From: an uncultured Lachnospiraceae bacterium
GTDB taxonomy: Bacteria; Bacillota; Clostridia; Lachnospirales; Lachnospiraceae
Assembly: GCA_910586025.1 (NCBI GenBank)
Contig: CAJUIO010000002.1
Span: forward strand, 5,951-69,950
Length of the DNA: 64,000 nt
Direction: 5' to 3'
The notes under the pieces: generated by a model
The model's input: only the letters and a program-made list of their open reading frames with translations
What the model was told of the DNA's origin: nothing
The model's database searches: none
Position numbers and translations under genes: made by a program
Part shown: one piece after another, positions 1 through 9,558 of the stretch
Layout of the letters: each line of letters begins with the position of its first letter
How positions within the stretch are numbered: the stretch's first letter is position 1

Positions 1-1
1 C

Positions 2-1042
2 GGTCTGCTGGCGTTGCTTGGGGAGAGCGCCGTTTACATTTATCTGCTGTATCTGGCCTGGAACGGGCAGATTACGGTTGCGGATTTTGTCCTCTATTTT
101 GGCGTGGCGGCAGGATTTTCCTCCTGGCTCGGAAATATATTTTCCCAGGTTTCGCAGCTGAATCGGCTGAGTCTCAAAATCAATTATTTTCGTTCCTGTC
201 TGGAATATCCGGAAGGCTTCCGCAGAGAGGGAGGAAGGGAAATCTGCGGGAAAGATCGCCCGGGGACCATAGAGCTGAAAAACGTGAGCTTCCGGTACGA
301 GGGAGCGCAGAAGAACGCCTTATCTGATATTAACCTTAAGATTTCTCCCGGGGAGCATCTGGCGGTGGTGGGGCTGAACGGTGCCGGAAAGACTACCCTG
401 GTGAAGCTGATCTGCGGGCTTACGGATCCAACTCAGGGCCAGGTGCTTTATGACGGCGTTGATATACGGGAATATGACAGAACGCAGTACTACAGGCTTT
501 TTTCCGCAGTCTTTCAGCAGTTCAGCCTTTTGCCCGTGACCATTGAGGAAATCGTTTCCCAGGTGCAGACAGAGCAGACGGATCATGCCAGGGTTCAAAG
601 CTGCCTTGAAACGGCAGGGCTCTGGGACAAGGTGAAGGAGCTTCCAAAGGGGGTGGACAGCCAGTTCGGGAAGACTGTTTATGATGACGGTATTGATTTT
701 TCCGGCGGCGAGGTGCAAAAGCTCCTGTTGGCAAGGGCTCTGTACAGAGCGGCTTCGATTCTCCTGCTGGATGAACCAACGGCGGCCTTGGATCCCATTG
801 CGGAGAGCGCTCTGTACGAAAACTACAATGAGATCAGCGGGGGAAAAACCTCTGTATTTATTTCCCACAGACTCGCAAGCACCAGCTTCTGTGACCGCAT
901 CATCCTGCTGGAAAACGGGGAGATCCGCGAGGAGGGTACTCATGAACGGCTGCTTGAGAGAGAGGGAAAATACTATCATCTGTTTGAGATGCAGGCTAAA
1001 TATTACCGGGAGAAAAAAGTGGGAGAGGAGGCGGAAGAATGA
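2..1042 (+). CDS. ABC exporter, fused permease/ATP-binding subunit (5'-truncated by window edge)
   Basis: Frame open from position 2; tail of a TM region, then Walker A GLNGAGKTT, signature FSGGE, Walker B LLLDEPT, H-loop ISHR. Confidence 0.9.
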   Translation, partial: GLLALLGESAVYIYLLYLAWNGQITVADFVLYFGVAAGFSSWLGNIFSQVSQLNRLSLKINYFRSCLEYPEGFRREGGREICGKDRPGTIELKNVSFRYEGAQKNALSDINLKISPGEHLAVVGLNGAGKTTLVKLICGLTDPTQGQVLYDGVDIREYDRTQYYRLFSAVFQQFSLLPVTIEEIVSQVQTEQTDHARVQSCLETAGLWDKVKELPKGVDSQFGKTVYDDGIDFSGGEVQKLLLARALYRAASILLLDEPTAALDPIAESALYENYNEISGGKTSVFISHRLASTSFCDRIILLENGEIREEGTHERLLEREGKYYHLFEMQAKYYREKKVGEEAEE

Positions 1043-2883
1043 GCAGAATGCGGGTGCGGGAGCGCTTTGCCGTCACGGTGCGGGGATTTGGGATATTAAA
1101 GAAATATTGTCCCGGCCTGGTGCGGGACAAGGCTCTTTATGAGCTCATAAACTCTCTGCAGCCTTTTGTTTCCGTCTGGTTTTCCGCAAGGATCATCGAT
1201 GAGATTATACTGGGGAGGAGAGTGGAGGTCCTGGCTGCATATGTTGCCGGTATAGTTCTGATCAACTTCCTTGGTGCGGTTTGCAAAGGGATTCTTAAGC
1301 GGCTGGGCGATGAGAAGGAGGCTCTGATGTGGTGCTGGTTCGGGAAGATTTTTTCCGACAAGCAGATGTCTCTGGATTTTGAGGACCTGGAGGATGCGGG
1401 AATCCGGCATCAGAGACAGGAGGCGGAGGAAAACCTGTACATGTTTGGCAACGGCCTGGGACAGCTTGTCTGGGGGACGGCGGTGCTGGTCCGGGCAGGA
1501 ATCAATCTTGCGGCCTCCCTTTTTCTGACAGGTACGCTCTTTTTCAGCAGGTCCGGAAATGCTGCGGCAGACAGCCCCCTTTGGGTGGCTGCGGTTCTGC
1601 TCTGTATTCTGGCGGGCGGCATCTGCAATTCCAGGGCAACCATAAAGGAAAATGAGATTTTTATGGAGTGGTGTAAGGGCACGGTCTGGTTCAACCGCAC
1701 GTTTATGTTTTTTGGAAAGGAGCTCTATATGAATCCCGAAAGGGCCAAGGACGTGCGGATCTATGAACAGAGCGTTCTGGCCAAGAGAGAGCTGGATAAG
1801 CTGATCCGGAGGAACCGGGAGAATCAGAGGGACAACTTTCGGATGGCACTGTTTCCGGGCGCTGCCAGTGTGGTAATCGGACTGGCGAACGGGGCATGCT
1901 ATCTCTATGTTGTGATAAAGGCGTTTTTCGGAGCGTTCGGGGTGGGCAGCATCGTGCAGTATGTGGCGGCGCTCTCAAGGCTCGGGGAGGGCGTTCAGGA
2001 ATTCATGTATCTTCTTTCCGATAATGAGATGTATTGTCTGCACTTGCGGAAGCTGTTTGAATACCTGGATCTTCCAAACCGCAGGTATCAGGGATCGCTT
2101 ACCGTGGAAAAGAGAGACGATATCGAATATGATATTGAGTTTTGCGACGTGTCCTTCCGCTATCCGGGTGCGGATAAGGATGCTTTGAGCCATGTGAACC
2201 TGAAATTCCGAATCGGGGAAAAGCTGGCGGTGGTGGGAAGAAACGGAAGCGGTAAGACAACCCTGATCAAGCTGCTCTGCCGTCTGTATGATCCCACACA
2301 GGGAGAGATTTTCCTGAACGGGGTGGAAATCCGTAAATATGATTATGACGAATACATCGCTCTCTTCTCGGTAGTGTTTCAGGATTTCAAGCTGTTTTCT
2401 TTTACGCTTGGACAGAATGTGGCCGCAGGGGTTAAGTATGACAGAGCGCGGGCACGGGAATGCCTTATAAAGGCGGGAATGGGTGAGCGCCTTGAAGAAA
2501 TGCCCCGGGGGCTTGACACCTGTCTGTACAGGGATTTCGGGGAAAACGGTGTGGAGATCTCAGGCGGCGAGGCACAGAAAACGGCCCTTGCCAGGGCGCT
2601 CTATAAGGATGCGCCGTTTATGATTCTGGACGAGCCAACCGCCGCCCTGGATCCGGTTGCGGAATACGAGGTGTATTCTAAGTTTAACGAGATCGCGGGG
2701 GACAGGACGGCTGTTTACATCAGCCACCGGCTCGCCTCCTGCCGGTTCTGCGACACCGTCGCCGTGTTTGACAAGGGGCATCTGGTGCAGAAGGGCAGTC
2801 ATGACGAGCTGGTGCTGGAGGAAGACGGGATGTATTATCAGCTCTGGCATGCTCAGGCGCAGTATTATACGCACAGAGGATAA
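1039..2883 (+). CDS. ABC exporter, fused permease/ATP-binding subunit (probable heterodimer partner)
   Basis: N-terminal hydrophobic helices; GRNGSGKTT, ISGGE, ILDEPT, ISHR; ATGA overlap with upstream gene. Confidence 0.92.
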   Translation: MSRMRVRERFAVTVRGFGILKKYCPGLVRDKALYELINSLQPFVSVWFSARIIDEIILGRRVEVLAAYVAGIVLINFLGAVCKGILKRLGDEKEALMWCWFGKIFSDKQMSLDFEDLEDAGIRHQRQEAEENLYMFGNGLGQLVWGTAVLVRAGINLAASLFLTGTLFFSRSGNAAADSPLWVAAVLLCILAGGICNSRATIKENEIFMEWCKGTVWFNRTFMFFGKELYMNPERAKDVRIYEQSVLAKRELDKLIRRNRENQRDNFRMALFPGAASVVIGLANGACYLYVVIKAFFGAFGVGSIVQYVAALSRLGEGVQEFMYLLSDNEMYCLHLRKLFEYLDLPNRRYQGSLTVEKRDDIEYDIEFCDVSFRYPGADKDALSHVNLKFRIGEKLAVVGRNGSGKTTLIKLLCRLYDPTQGEIFLNGVEIRKYDYDEYIALFSVVFQDFKLFSFTLGQNVAAGVKYDRARARECLIKAGMGERLEEMPRGLDTCLYRDFGENGVEISGGEAQKTALARALYKDAPFMILDEPTAALDPVAEYEVYSKFNEIAGDRTAVYISHRLASCRFCDTVAVFDKGHLVQKGSHDELVLEEDGMYYQLWHAQAQYYTHRG

Positions 2884-2885
2884 GC

Positions 2886-3317
2886 CTACAGCCTTTCTCT
2901 GTATTTTTCCTCGCAGTATTTGCAGCGGTAGATCTCTTTTGCCTCATCGGCAAGGACGAAGATATGCGGCAGCTCCTGCTCGATGGAAGTGATGCACCGG
3001 GGATTTCTGCATCTGATGATGTTCTTGATTTCCTTTGGAAGAACCAGCTCCTTTTTTGACACAATATTACCGTCCTTGATCACATTGACGGTAATGTTGT
3101 GGTCGATAAAGGCCAGCACGTCAAGATCGAGCATGTCAATATCGCATTCCACCTTCAGGATGTCCTTTTTTCCCATCTTGTTGCTCCTGGCATTCTTGAT
3201 GATAGCCACTGTACAGTCCAGCTTGTCCAGCTGAAGATGATGGTAGATGGCAAGACTCTTTCCGGCCTTGATATGATCCAGCACAAAGCCCTCTTCGATT
3301 TTTCCTACATTTAACAT
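2886..3317 (-). CDS. pyrI: Aspartate carbamoyltransferase regulatory subunit
   Basis: GFVLDHI N-terminus, KKDILKVE, zinc ligands CRNPRC...CKYC; directly downstream of pyrB. Confidence 0.95.
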   Translation of the reverse strand: MLNVGKIEEGFVLDHIKAGKSLAIYHHLQLDKLDCTVAIIKNARSNKMGKKDILKVECDIDMLDLDVLAFIDHNITVNVIKDGNIVSKKELVLPKEIKNIIRCRNPRCITSIEQELPHIFVLADEAKEIYRCKYCEEKYRERL

Positions 3318-3331
3318 GATACGTACCTCCT

Positions 3332-4249
3332 TTAATCCACATGAATGTCAAGCAGGGTGAGAATCAGGGCCATCCGTACATAGACACCGTACTGCACCTG
3401 CCTGAAATAGGCGGCTCTGGGATCGTCATCCACTTCCACGGAAATCTCATTGACCCTGGGAAGGGGATGGAGAACCAGCATATCCTCCTTGGCCAGAGCC
3501 ATTTTTGTCTTGTCCAGAATATAGAAATCCTTCAGCCGGACATAGTCCTCCTCGTTAAAAAACCGCTCTCTCTGGACTCTTGTCATATAGAGGAAGTCCA
3601 GGCGGGGCATGATGCTTTCCAGCCGGATCACTTCCTCGTAGGGAATATTTTTTTCCTTCAGCATGTCCGTAATATAGTCCGGCACCTTCAGCTCCTCCGG
3701 GGAGATAAAGATAAAATGGATTCCCTCATAGCGCACCAGGGCGTTGATCAGAGAATGTACGGTGCGCCCGAATTTCAGATCCCCGCAAAGACCGATGGTG
3801 AAATTTGATAAACGTCCTTTCAGGGAGCGGATGGTCAGAAGGTCGGTAAGGGTCTGGGTGGGATGCTGGTGTCCGCCGTCCCCGGCATTGATCACCGGGA
3901 TGGAGGAGCGGTCCGCCGCAACCATGGGAGCGCCCTCCTTGGGATGACGCATGGCACAGATATCCGCAAAGCAGGAGATGACCCGGATTGTGTCCGAGAC
4001 ACTCTCGCCTTTGGAGGCGGAGGATGAGGAGGCGTCGGAAAAGCCGATGACGCTTCCGCCCAGATTCAGCATGGCAGCCTCAAAGCTGAGCCGCGTCCTG
4101 GTGCTCGGCTCGTAAAAACAGGTGGCAAGCTTTTTGCCCTCGCAGGCATGGGTATATCTGCCGGGATTCTTTTCAATGTCGTCGGCCAGGTCAAAAAGCC
4201 GGTCAAGCTCCTGAGTGGTAAAATCCAGAGGGCTCATAAGATGTCGCAT
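3332..4249 (-). CDS. pyrB: Aspartate carbamoyltransferase catalytic subunit
   Basis: FYEPSTRT carbamoyl-phosphate motif, [23 protein letters not shown]. Confidence 0.97.
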   Translation of the reverse strand: MRHLMSPLDFTTQELDRLFDLADDIEKNPGRYTHACEGKKLATCFYEPSTRTRLSFEAAMLNLGGSVIGFSDASSSSASKGESVSDTIRVISCFADICAMRHPKEGAPMVAADRSSIPVINAGDGGHQHPTQTLTDLLTIRSLKGRLSNFTIGLCGDLKFGRTVHSLINALVRYEGIHFIFISPEELKVPDYITDMLKEKNIPYEEVIRLESIMPRLDFLYMTRVQRERFFNEEDYVRLKDFYILDKTKMALAKEDMLVLHPLPRVNEISVEVDDDPRAAYFRQVQYGVYVRMALILTLLDIHVD

Positions 4250-4270
4250 AGATTTTTTCTCCTTTTCCGC

Positions 4271-4300
4271 AAAAAATCGAAGAGTCCGGCTCTTCGATTT
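4271..4300 (-). terminator. Intrinsic terminator between nitroreductase and pyrB
   Basis: Minus strand AAATCGAAGAG-CCGGA-CTCTTCGATTT, 11-bp perfect stem running into a T tract. Confidence 0.75.
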
Positions 4301-4316
4301 CTTGATAATTCAACTG

Positions 4317-4856
4317 TTATTTGTATAGAAGAAGATCCGTCACGGGTTTTCTTCTGGGAGCTGCGGGCTCTTCGGCGGCATAGCCGACAGGGATAAGGGC
4401 TCCCACCTCCTGATTTTCGGGAATCTCCAAAAGAGAAGCCACTTTGGCTTCGTCAAAAATTCCCATGATAACGGTGCCAAGCCCCTTTTCATATGCGGCA
4501 AGGCAAAAGCTCTGAGATGCAATGCCGGCATCGAACATCTGCCAGGAATCCCCCTTTGCGGTTGTGAAGGAACCGTCCCTCTCGAAACCGCTGCGGCCTT
4601 TTATGTAGGTGAGGACGATCAGCATGGGTGCGTTTTCAATAATGGCTCCGTTTGGAGGAAACATCTGTGTGCATTCCCGTGCAATCCGGTCCTTCAGCTC
4701 ACCCTCCACCGCAATATAGCGGGCGATCTGTGAATGCTTCCAGCTGGGAGAATAGGAAGCCGTCTCCACGATCTCGTCGATCAGAGCGTGGTCTACGGGC
4801 GTGTCCTTGTATTTGCGGATGCTTCTGCGTCCTTTGATACATTCTTTTGCGGTCAT
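4317..4856 (-). CDS. Nitroreductase family protein
   Basis: RRSIRKY, SPSWKHSQ, DAGIASQSFCLAAYEKGLGT, IPVGY. Confidence 0.9.
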   Translation of the reverse strand: MTAKECIKGRRSIRKYKDTPVDHALIDEIVETASYSPSWKHSQIARYIAVEGELKDRIARECTQMFPPNGAIIENAPMLIVLTYIKGRSGFERDGSFTTAKGDSWQMFDAGIASQSFCLAAYEKGLGTVIMGIFDEAKVASLLEIPENQEVGALIPVGYAAEEPAAPRRKPVTDLLLYK

Positions 4857-4903
4857 TTACACTCTCCTATCTGCCTGAGAACAGGCGAAAAACTATTTTT
4901 ATT

Positions 4904-4932
4904 ATCATAGCATAGTCGGGACTTTCTTTCAA
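4904..4932 (-). promoter_or_regulatory. SigA-type promoter for nitroreductase (and possibly pyrBI)
   Basis: TTGAAA-17 nt-TATGAT with extended TG, minus strand. Confidence 0.6.
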
Positions 4933-4957
4933 TCGGGAAAAAAGTATTAAGAAAACT

Positions 4958-4986
4958 TTGCAATATGACCGGGAATCTAGTATACT
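4958..4986 (+). promoter_or_regulatory. SigA-type promoter for PH-domain gene
   Basis: TTGCAA-17 nt-TATACT. Confidence 0.6.
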
Positions 4987-5030
4987 TTGTAGCAGAATCA
5001 AGGTGAGTTAAGCATAAGGAGGTTTTTGGC

Positions 5031-5405
5031 ATGGCATCGGAATTTGTGGAAAAAAAGAGGTGGCTCTTTCTGGGGCTTCCCTTTACCTTTACGAAATACA
5101 CGGTAAAAGACAATATGATCACGATTGACAGCGGCTTTTTCAATAAGACGGAGAATGACTGTTATATGTACAAGGTGCAGGATGTGGAGCTGACTTCCTC
5201 TCTCATGGAGAGAATGTTCGGACTCGGCACGGTGGTCTGTTATACGGGAGACACCACCCATCCCAGGCTTGAGCTGTTACATATCAGAAACGCCAGAGGA
5301 GTGAAGGATTTTATTCTGGAAGCCTCGGAGGAGGCCAGGATGAGGCGGCGCACGGTCAGTACCCTGGATATCGGAACCGCCATGTTCGAGGATATGGAGG
5401 AATAA
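5031..5405 (+). CDS. Bacterial PH-domain (bPH_2-like) protein
   Basis: SD AAGGAGG; pattern YTV...IDSGFF...VQDV....SLMERMFGLGTV typical of bPH_2. Confidence 0.75.
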   Translation: MASEFVEKKRWLFLGLPFTFTKYTVKDNMITIDSGFFNKTENDCYMYKVQDVELTSSLMERMFGLGTVVCYTGDTTHPRLELLHIRNARGVKDFILEASEEARMRRRTVSTLDIGTAMFEDMEE

Positions 5406-5429
5406 TGCAGCAGGCGGTATGAACCGGTG

Positions 5430-5840
5430 TCATACCGCTTTGTGCTTGCCCTGGGTGAGAATGCGTTCGAACAGCAGGCCTGCAAGAAACCATTGGGGGA
5501 AATAATCCAGCCGTATCAGCTTTTTGACATGCCAGGGGTTCTGGCCGTAATTCCACGGGCAGACCTTTCTCAGGGTAAGAAGGCGGCCGCTCGTATATTC
5601 GCCCGCAAAGATAAAGAGGGCGTAGAGGGATCCCCGTATATGAAGCGGGAGGGAGCGAAGCGTCCGGAAGGCCGGGGCAAAGAGGCAGACGCTTCCGTAG
5701 ATGGGAAACATCCACAGGGAGGTGTGCCCTCTTAAGGAGAGCTGCCTTCTCCTGAGAGCGATCATTGCGGTATAAAGGATTTCCATACACCAGCCTGCGA
5801 GGCCGCATTTTAAAAAGTTTCTGCATAAATTTTTCATCAT
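5430..5840 (-). CDS. Small membrane protein, putative ABC-permease (CmpB-like) family
   Basis: GWCMEILY, MFPIYG, EYTSG, CPWNY, IRLDY motifs; start placed at ATGATG 5840 because the longer ORF overlaps folC. Confidence 0.7.
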   Translation of the reverse strand: MMKNLCRNFLKCGLAGWCMEILYTAMIALRRRQLSLRGHTSLWMFPIYGSVCLFAPAFRTLRSLPLHIRGSLYALFIFAGEYTSGRLLTLRKVCPWNYGQNPWHVKKLIRLDYFPQWFLAGLLFERILTQGKHKAV

Positions 5841-5877
5841 ATTTTTCAGTATGGACGGTGAAAGGAAAAATATACCT

Positions 5878-7188
5878 ATGGAAGAAAAAGAAATGTCCTT
5901 CGTGGAGACCATGGAATATATAGACAGCCTCCGTGCCTACGGAGTGGTTCCCGGGCTTGACAATATGAGAAGACTGTGTGCCCGGCTGGAAAATCCTCAG
6001 GATGACCTTAAATTTGTGCATATTGCGGGCACCAACGGAAAGGGCTCCGTGCTTTGTTTCCTCTCTGCGGTTCTCGCACAGGAGGGTTATCGAGTGGGAA
6101 GCTATTCCTCCCCGGCTGTCGCAGATTACAGGGACACGATTCAGACAGGAGGAAGAATGATCTCCAGGGCGTGGCTCTGCCGGGGAATGACAAGGATCCG
6201 CACGGCCTGCCGGGCTCTCGTGGAGGCGGGGTATCCCCACCCCACCCTGTTCGAGGCGCAGACAGCCCTTGCCTTTTTATATTTTAAGGAAAAGAAATGC
6301 GATATCGTGGTTCTCGAGACGGGAATGGGCGGGGAGCTGGATGCCACCAATATTGTAAAAAGCACTGTTGTCTCGGTTTTTACTCCGGTCAGTATGGATC
6401 ATGTGGGCGTGCTGGGAAACAGTCTTGCACAGATTGCCTGGACCAAGTCGGGGATCATCAAGGCAAAGGGCAGGGCCGTGAGCTCGCAGCAGGAGCCGGA
6501 GGCGCTGGAAGCCATAAGGTTGCGCTGCAGGGAGCAAAACGCGTCGCTTACGGTGACGGACTTAAAGGCGCTTGTAAAGAAAAAGAGCACGCTGGCAAAG
6601 CAGACTTTTTCCTACGGGGAGCGGAAGAATCTGGAGATTTCCCTGGCAGGTCGTTATCAGACGGAGAATGCGGCCCTCGCCATCGAGGCTCTGGATGTTC
6701 TTTCGGAGTGCGGATATCCGGTGACGGACAAGGCGCTGCGGGCGGGGCTTCTCGGGGCAAGATGGCCCGGCAGGTTCCAGATACTTGGAACGAATCCTCT
6801 TTTTATTGCGGACGGAGCCCACAATGCGGCTGCGGCCGCAAGGCTTGCGGATACGCTCGGCTTCTATTTCCGGGGGGAGAAGCTGATCTATATTATGGGG
6901 ATGCTCCGGGACAAGGATCATGAGGCGGTCATAAAGCAGACCTGCCCTCTGGCCGGGACGGTGCTTACGGTTCCCACACCCGGGGAGCGGGGGCTTTCCG
7001 CTTATGAGCTTGCAGGCGAGGTCATGAAATATCACGGGGATGTGACGGCTCTTGACAGCGTGGAGGAGGCGGTGGAGATCGCATATATGCTCTCGGGAGG
7101 AAAAACGCCTGTCATTGCCTTCGGTTCTCTTTCCTATCTTGGAAAGCTCATGGAGACAGTGGATAACAGGAATAAGAAAAAGAAGTGA
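5878..7188 (+). CDS. folC: Folylpolyglutamate synthase/dihydrofolate synthase
   Basis: [33 protein letters not shown]; start chosen downstream of SD GAAAGGA. Confidence 0.95.
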   Translation: MEEKEMSFVETMEYIDSLRAYGVVPGLDNMRRLCARLENPQDDLKFVHIAGTNGKGSVLCFLSAVLAQEGYRVGSYSSPAVADYRDTIQTGGRMISRAWLCRGMTRIRTACRALVEAGYPHPTLFEAQTALAFLYFKEKKCDIVVLETGMGGELDATNIVKSTVVSVFTPVSMDHVGVLGNSLAQIAWTKSGIIKAKGRAVSSQQEPEALEAIRLRCREQNASLTVTDLKALVKKKSTLAKQTFSYGERKNLEISLAGRYQTENAALAIEALDVLSECGYPVTDKALRAGLLGARWPGRFQILGTNPLFIADGAHNAAAAARLADTLGFYFRGEKLIYIMGMLRDKDHEAVIKQTCPLAGTVLTVPTPGERGLSAYELAGEVMKYHGDVTALDSVEEAVEIAYMLSGGKTPVIAFGSLSYLGKLMETVDNRNKKKK

Positions 7189-7207
7189 TGCGGGGATGTG
7201 TGAGAGA

Positions 7208-7762
7208 ATGAATGAGGAAAAGATCAGGGAAGCGGTAAGGCTCTTTTTGGAGGGGATCGGCGAGGATCCGGACAGGGAGGGACTGCGGGATACGCCGGAG
7301 AGAGTGGCGAGAATGTGCGGGGAAATCTACGGAGGACTTTCGGGCGATGCCGGGGAGCATCTCGGGAAGACCTTTGAATCCGACAGCGGGAGGATGGTAC
7401 TGGAAAAGGATATCGGCTTTTATTCTACCTGTGAACACCATCTTCTCCCCTTCTACGGAAAGGTCCATATCGCCTATGTCCCCTCCAAAAGAGTGGTGGG
7501 TCTTAGCAAGCTGGCAAGATGCGTGGAGGTTTTTGCCAGAAGGCCGCAGATTCAGGAGCGCATGACGGAACAGATTGCGGATGCGGTGATGGAGAGCTTA
7601 AGGCCCGAGGGCGTGATGGTGATGGTCAGCGCCGAGCACATGTGCATGACCATGCGGGGAGTGAAAAAGCCCGGAAGCCAGACCGTCACCATGACGACAA
7701 GGGGCAGCTTTGCGCGGGAAAAGGAGCTTCGGGAGGCCTTTGTGCAGCTCGTCAGGCATTAA
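7208..7762 (+). CDS. folE: GTP cyclohydrolase I
   Basis: [36 protein letters not shown]. Confidence 0.96.
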   Translation: MNEEKIREAVRLFLEGIGEDPDREGLRDTPERVARMCGEIYGGLSGDAGEHLGKTFESDSGRMVLEKDIGFYSTCEHHLLPFYGKVHIAYVPSKRVVGLSKLARCVEVFARRPQIQERMTEQIADAVMESLRPEGVMVMVSAEHMCMTMRGVKKPGSQTVTMTTRGSFAREKELREAFVQLVRH

Positions 7763-7787
7763 TTATAAGGAAAGTGTGGGAAAAGTC

Positions 7788-8594
7788 ATGAAGATAGGCA
7801 GCAGGGAATTTGACGTAAAGGGCAGGACTTATGTGATGGGGATTCTGAATGTGACTCCGGATTCCTTCTCCGACGGAGGAAGGTTTTGCGACATGGACAA
7901 AGCCCTTTGGCATGTGGAGCAGATGGTCAGGGAGGGAATGGATATCCTTGATATCGGGGGCGAATCCACAAGGCCGGGCTATGCGGCGGTTTCGGAGGAG
8001 GAAGAGATCGGGAGAGTGGTTCCGGTCATTGAGAAGGTGAAGGAGAGATTTGAGGTTCCCGTCTCTCTTGACACCTGTAAGAGCCGGGTGGCGCGCGCAG
8101 GAATCAGGGCCGGGGCGGACATGATCAATGATATCTGGGGCCTTATGGGAGATACGCATATGGCGGAGGTGATAGCCGGGGCGGATATTCCCTGCTGTCT
8201 GATGCACAACCGGAAGGAAGCGGTTTATGAAAGCTTTATGGAGGAAGTGGTCAGTGATCTTAGGGGGACGCTGAGGACGGCGCTGCAGGCGGGCATTGCC
8301 GCAGACAGAGTTATTCTGGATCCCGGCGTGGGCTTTGCAAAAAACCGGGAGCAGAACCTGGAGGTCATAAAGAATCTGGAACGGTTCAGAGAGCTGGGGC
8401 ATCCCGTGCTGCTTGGAACCAGCAGGAAATCCGTGATCGGCCTGACCTTGGACCTTCCGGTGACAGAGCGGCTCGAGGGTACGCTTGTCACCACGGTCTT
8501 TGCGGTGCTGAGCGGCTGCGCCTTTGTGAGGGTGCATGATGTCAGGGAGAATGTCCGGGCCGTGAGGATGGCTGAGGCGATTCTGGGAGCCTAG
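7788..8594 (+). CDS. folP: Dihydropteroate synthase
   Basis: MGILNVTPDSFSDGG, GGESTRPG, DPGVGF, SRKS, VRVHDV. Confidence 0.96.
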   Translation: MKIGSREFDVKGRTYVMGILNVTPDSFSDGGRFCDMDKALWHVEQMVREGMDILDIGGESTRPGYAAVSEEEEIGRVVPVIEKVKERFEVPVSLDTCKSRVARAGIRAGADMINDIWGLMGDTHMAEVIAGADIPCCLMHNRKEAVYESFMEEVVSDLRGTLRTALQAGIAADRVILDPGVGFAKNREQNLEVIKNLERFRELGHPVLLGTSRKSVIGLTLDLPVTERLEGTLVTTVFAVLSGCAFVRVHDVRENVRAVRMAEAILGA

Positions 8595-8614
8595 GGGAGA
8601 AGGGAGAGCAGTCT

Positions 8615-9430
8615 ATGGACGAGATCAGAATTGACAATCTGGAAATTTATGCGGGGCATGGAGTGTATGCGCAGGAGAATGCGCAGGGACAGCCCTTTTT
8701 CGTCAATGCAGTTCTTTATACGGATACCAGAAAGGCGGGGAGGGAGGATGAGCTTGCCTTTTCCACTCACTATGGGGAGGCGGCTCATCTGATCAACCAA
8801 TACCTGCGGGAGCACACCTTCCGTCTGATCGAGGCGGCGGCGGAGAATGCGGCGGAGCAGATTCTGCTTCGTTTTCCCCTGGTCAGGAGTCTTGAGCTTG
8901 AGCTTTGCAAGCCCAGGGCGCCCATCGGGCTTCCCTTTTCCAGTGTTTCCGTGAAGATAAGCAGAGGGTGGAAAAGGGCATATCTTGGCGTGGGATCCAA
9001 TATGGGAAACCGAAGGGAGTATATAGAAAGGGCGGTCCGCAGGATGGAGGAGAATCCCAAAATCCGCTGCCTGCGCTGCTCGGATTTGATTGTGACGCCT
9101 CCTTACGGCGGGGTGGAGCAGGAGGACTTCCTGAACGGGGCCGTTGAACTGGAGACATTGTATTTCCCGGATGAGCTTCTGCGATTTCTGCAGTCCCTGG
9201 AGGAGGAGGCGGAGCGGGTGAGGACGGTCCGCTGGGGACCCCGGACTCTGGATCTGGATATTCTCTTCTTTGAGGACTTTGTGTCGGATGACCCGTCTCT
9301 TACGGTTCCCCACCCGGATCTGCACAACCGGCGGTTTGTTCTGGAGCCTCTTTCCGGCCTGTGCCCTTATCTGAGGCATCCGGTTCTGGGAAAAAGCATC
9401 CGGCAGCTGTACGAGGAGCTTGGCAAATGA
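8615..9430 (+). CDS. folBK: Bifunctional dihydroneopterin aldolase / HPPK (FolB-FolK fusion)
   Basis: N-terminal FolB (GHGV..E...GQ.F, LIEA, KP.AP) fused to FolK (YLGVGSN, FLNG, RWGPRTLDLD, PHP...RRFVL). Confidence 0.93.
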   Translation: MDEIRIDNLEIYAGHGVYAQENAQGQPFFVNAVLYTDTRKAGREDELAFSTHYGEAAHLINQYLREHTFRLIEAAAENAAEQILLRFPLVRSLELELCKPRAPIGLPFSSVSVKISRGWKRAYLGVGSNMGNRREYIERAVRRMEENPKIRCLRCSDLIVTPPYGGVEQEDFLNGAVELETLYFPDELLRFLQSLEEEAERVRTVRWGPRTLDLDILFFEDFVSDDPSLTVPHPDLHNRRFVLEPLSGLCPYLRHPVLGKSIRQLYEELGK

Positions 9431-9469
9431 TATAGTTCCTTTTTCCTATATTCATTTTGACGAATTCTA

Positions 9470-9498
9470 TTGATAAATGATGTTGTTTTTTGTAAAAT
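9470..9498 (+). promoter_or_regulatory. SigA-type promoter for chemoreceptor gene
   Basis: TTGATA-17 nt-TAAAAT in an AT-rich intergenic region. Confidence 0.55.
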
Positions 9499-9558
9499 AA
9501 GAATAATAGCTTTATATTCGGAAAATTCTCATGTCGAGAAAGGAGTCAATGCAACGAA

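Noticed and set aside
4270..4300. PyrR binding loop
   Set aside because: AGTCC occurs only on the non-coding strand and lacks the GNGAGGYU half.
8615..9430. FolB-FolK fusion as a novelty
   Set aside because: Known arrangement (SulD-type) common in Firmicutes.
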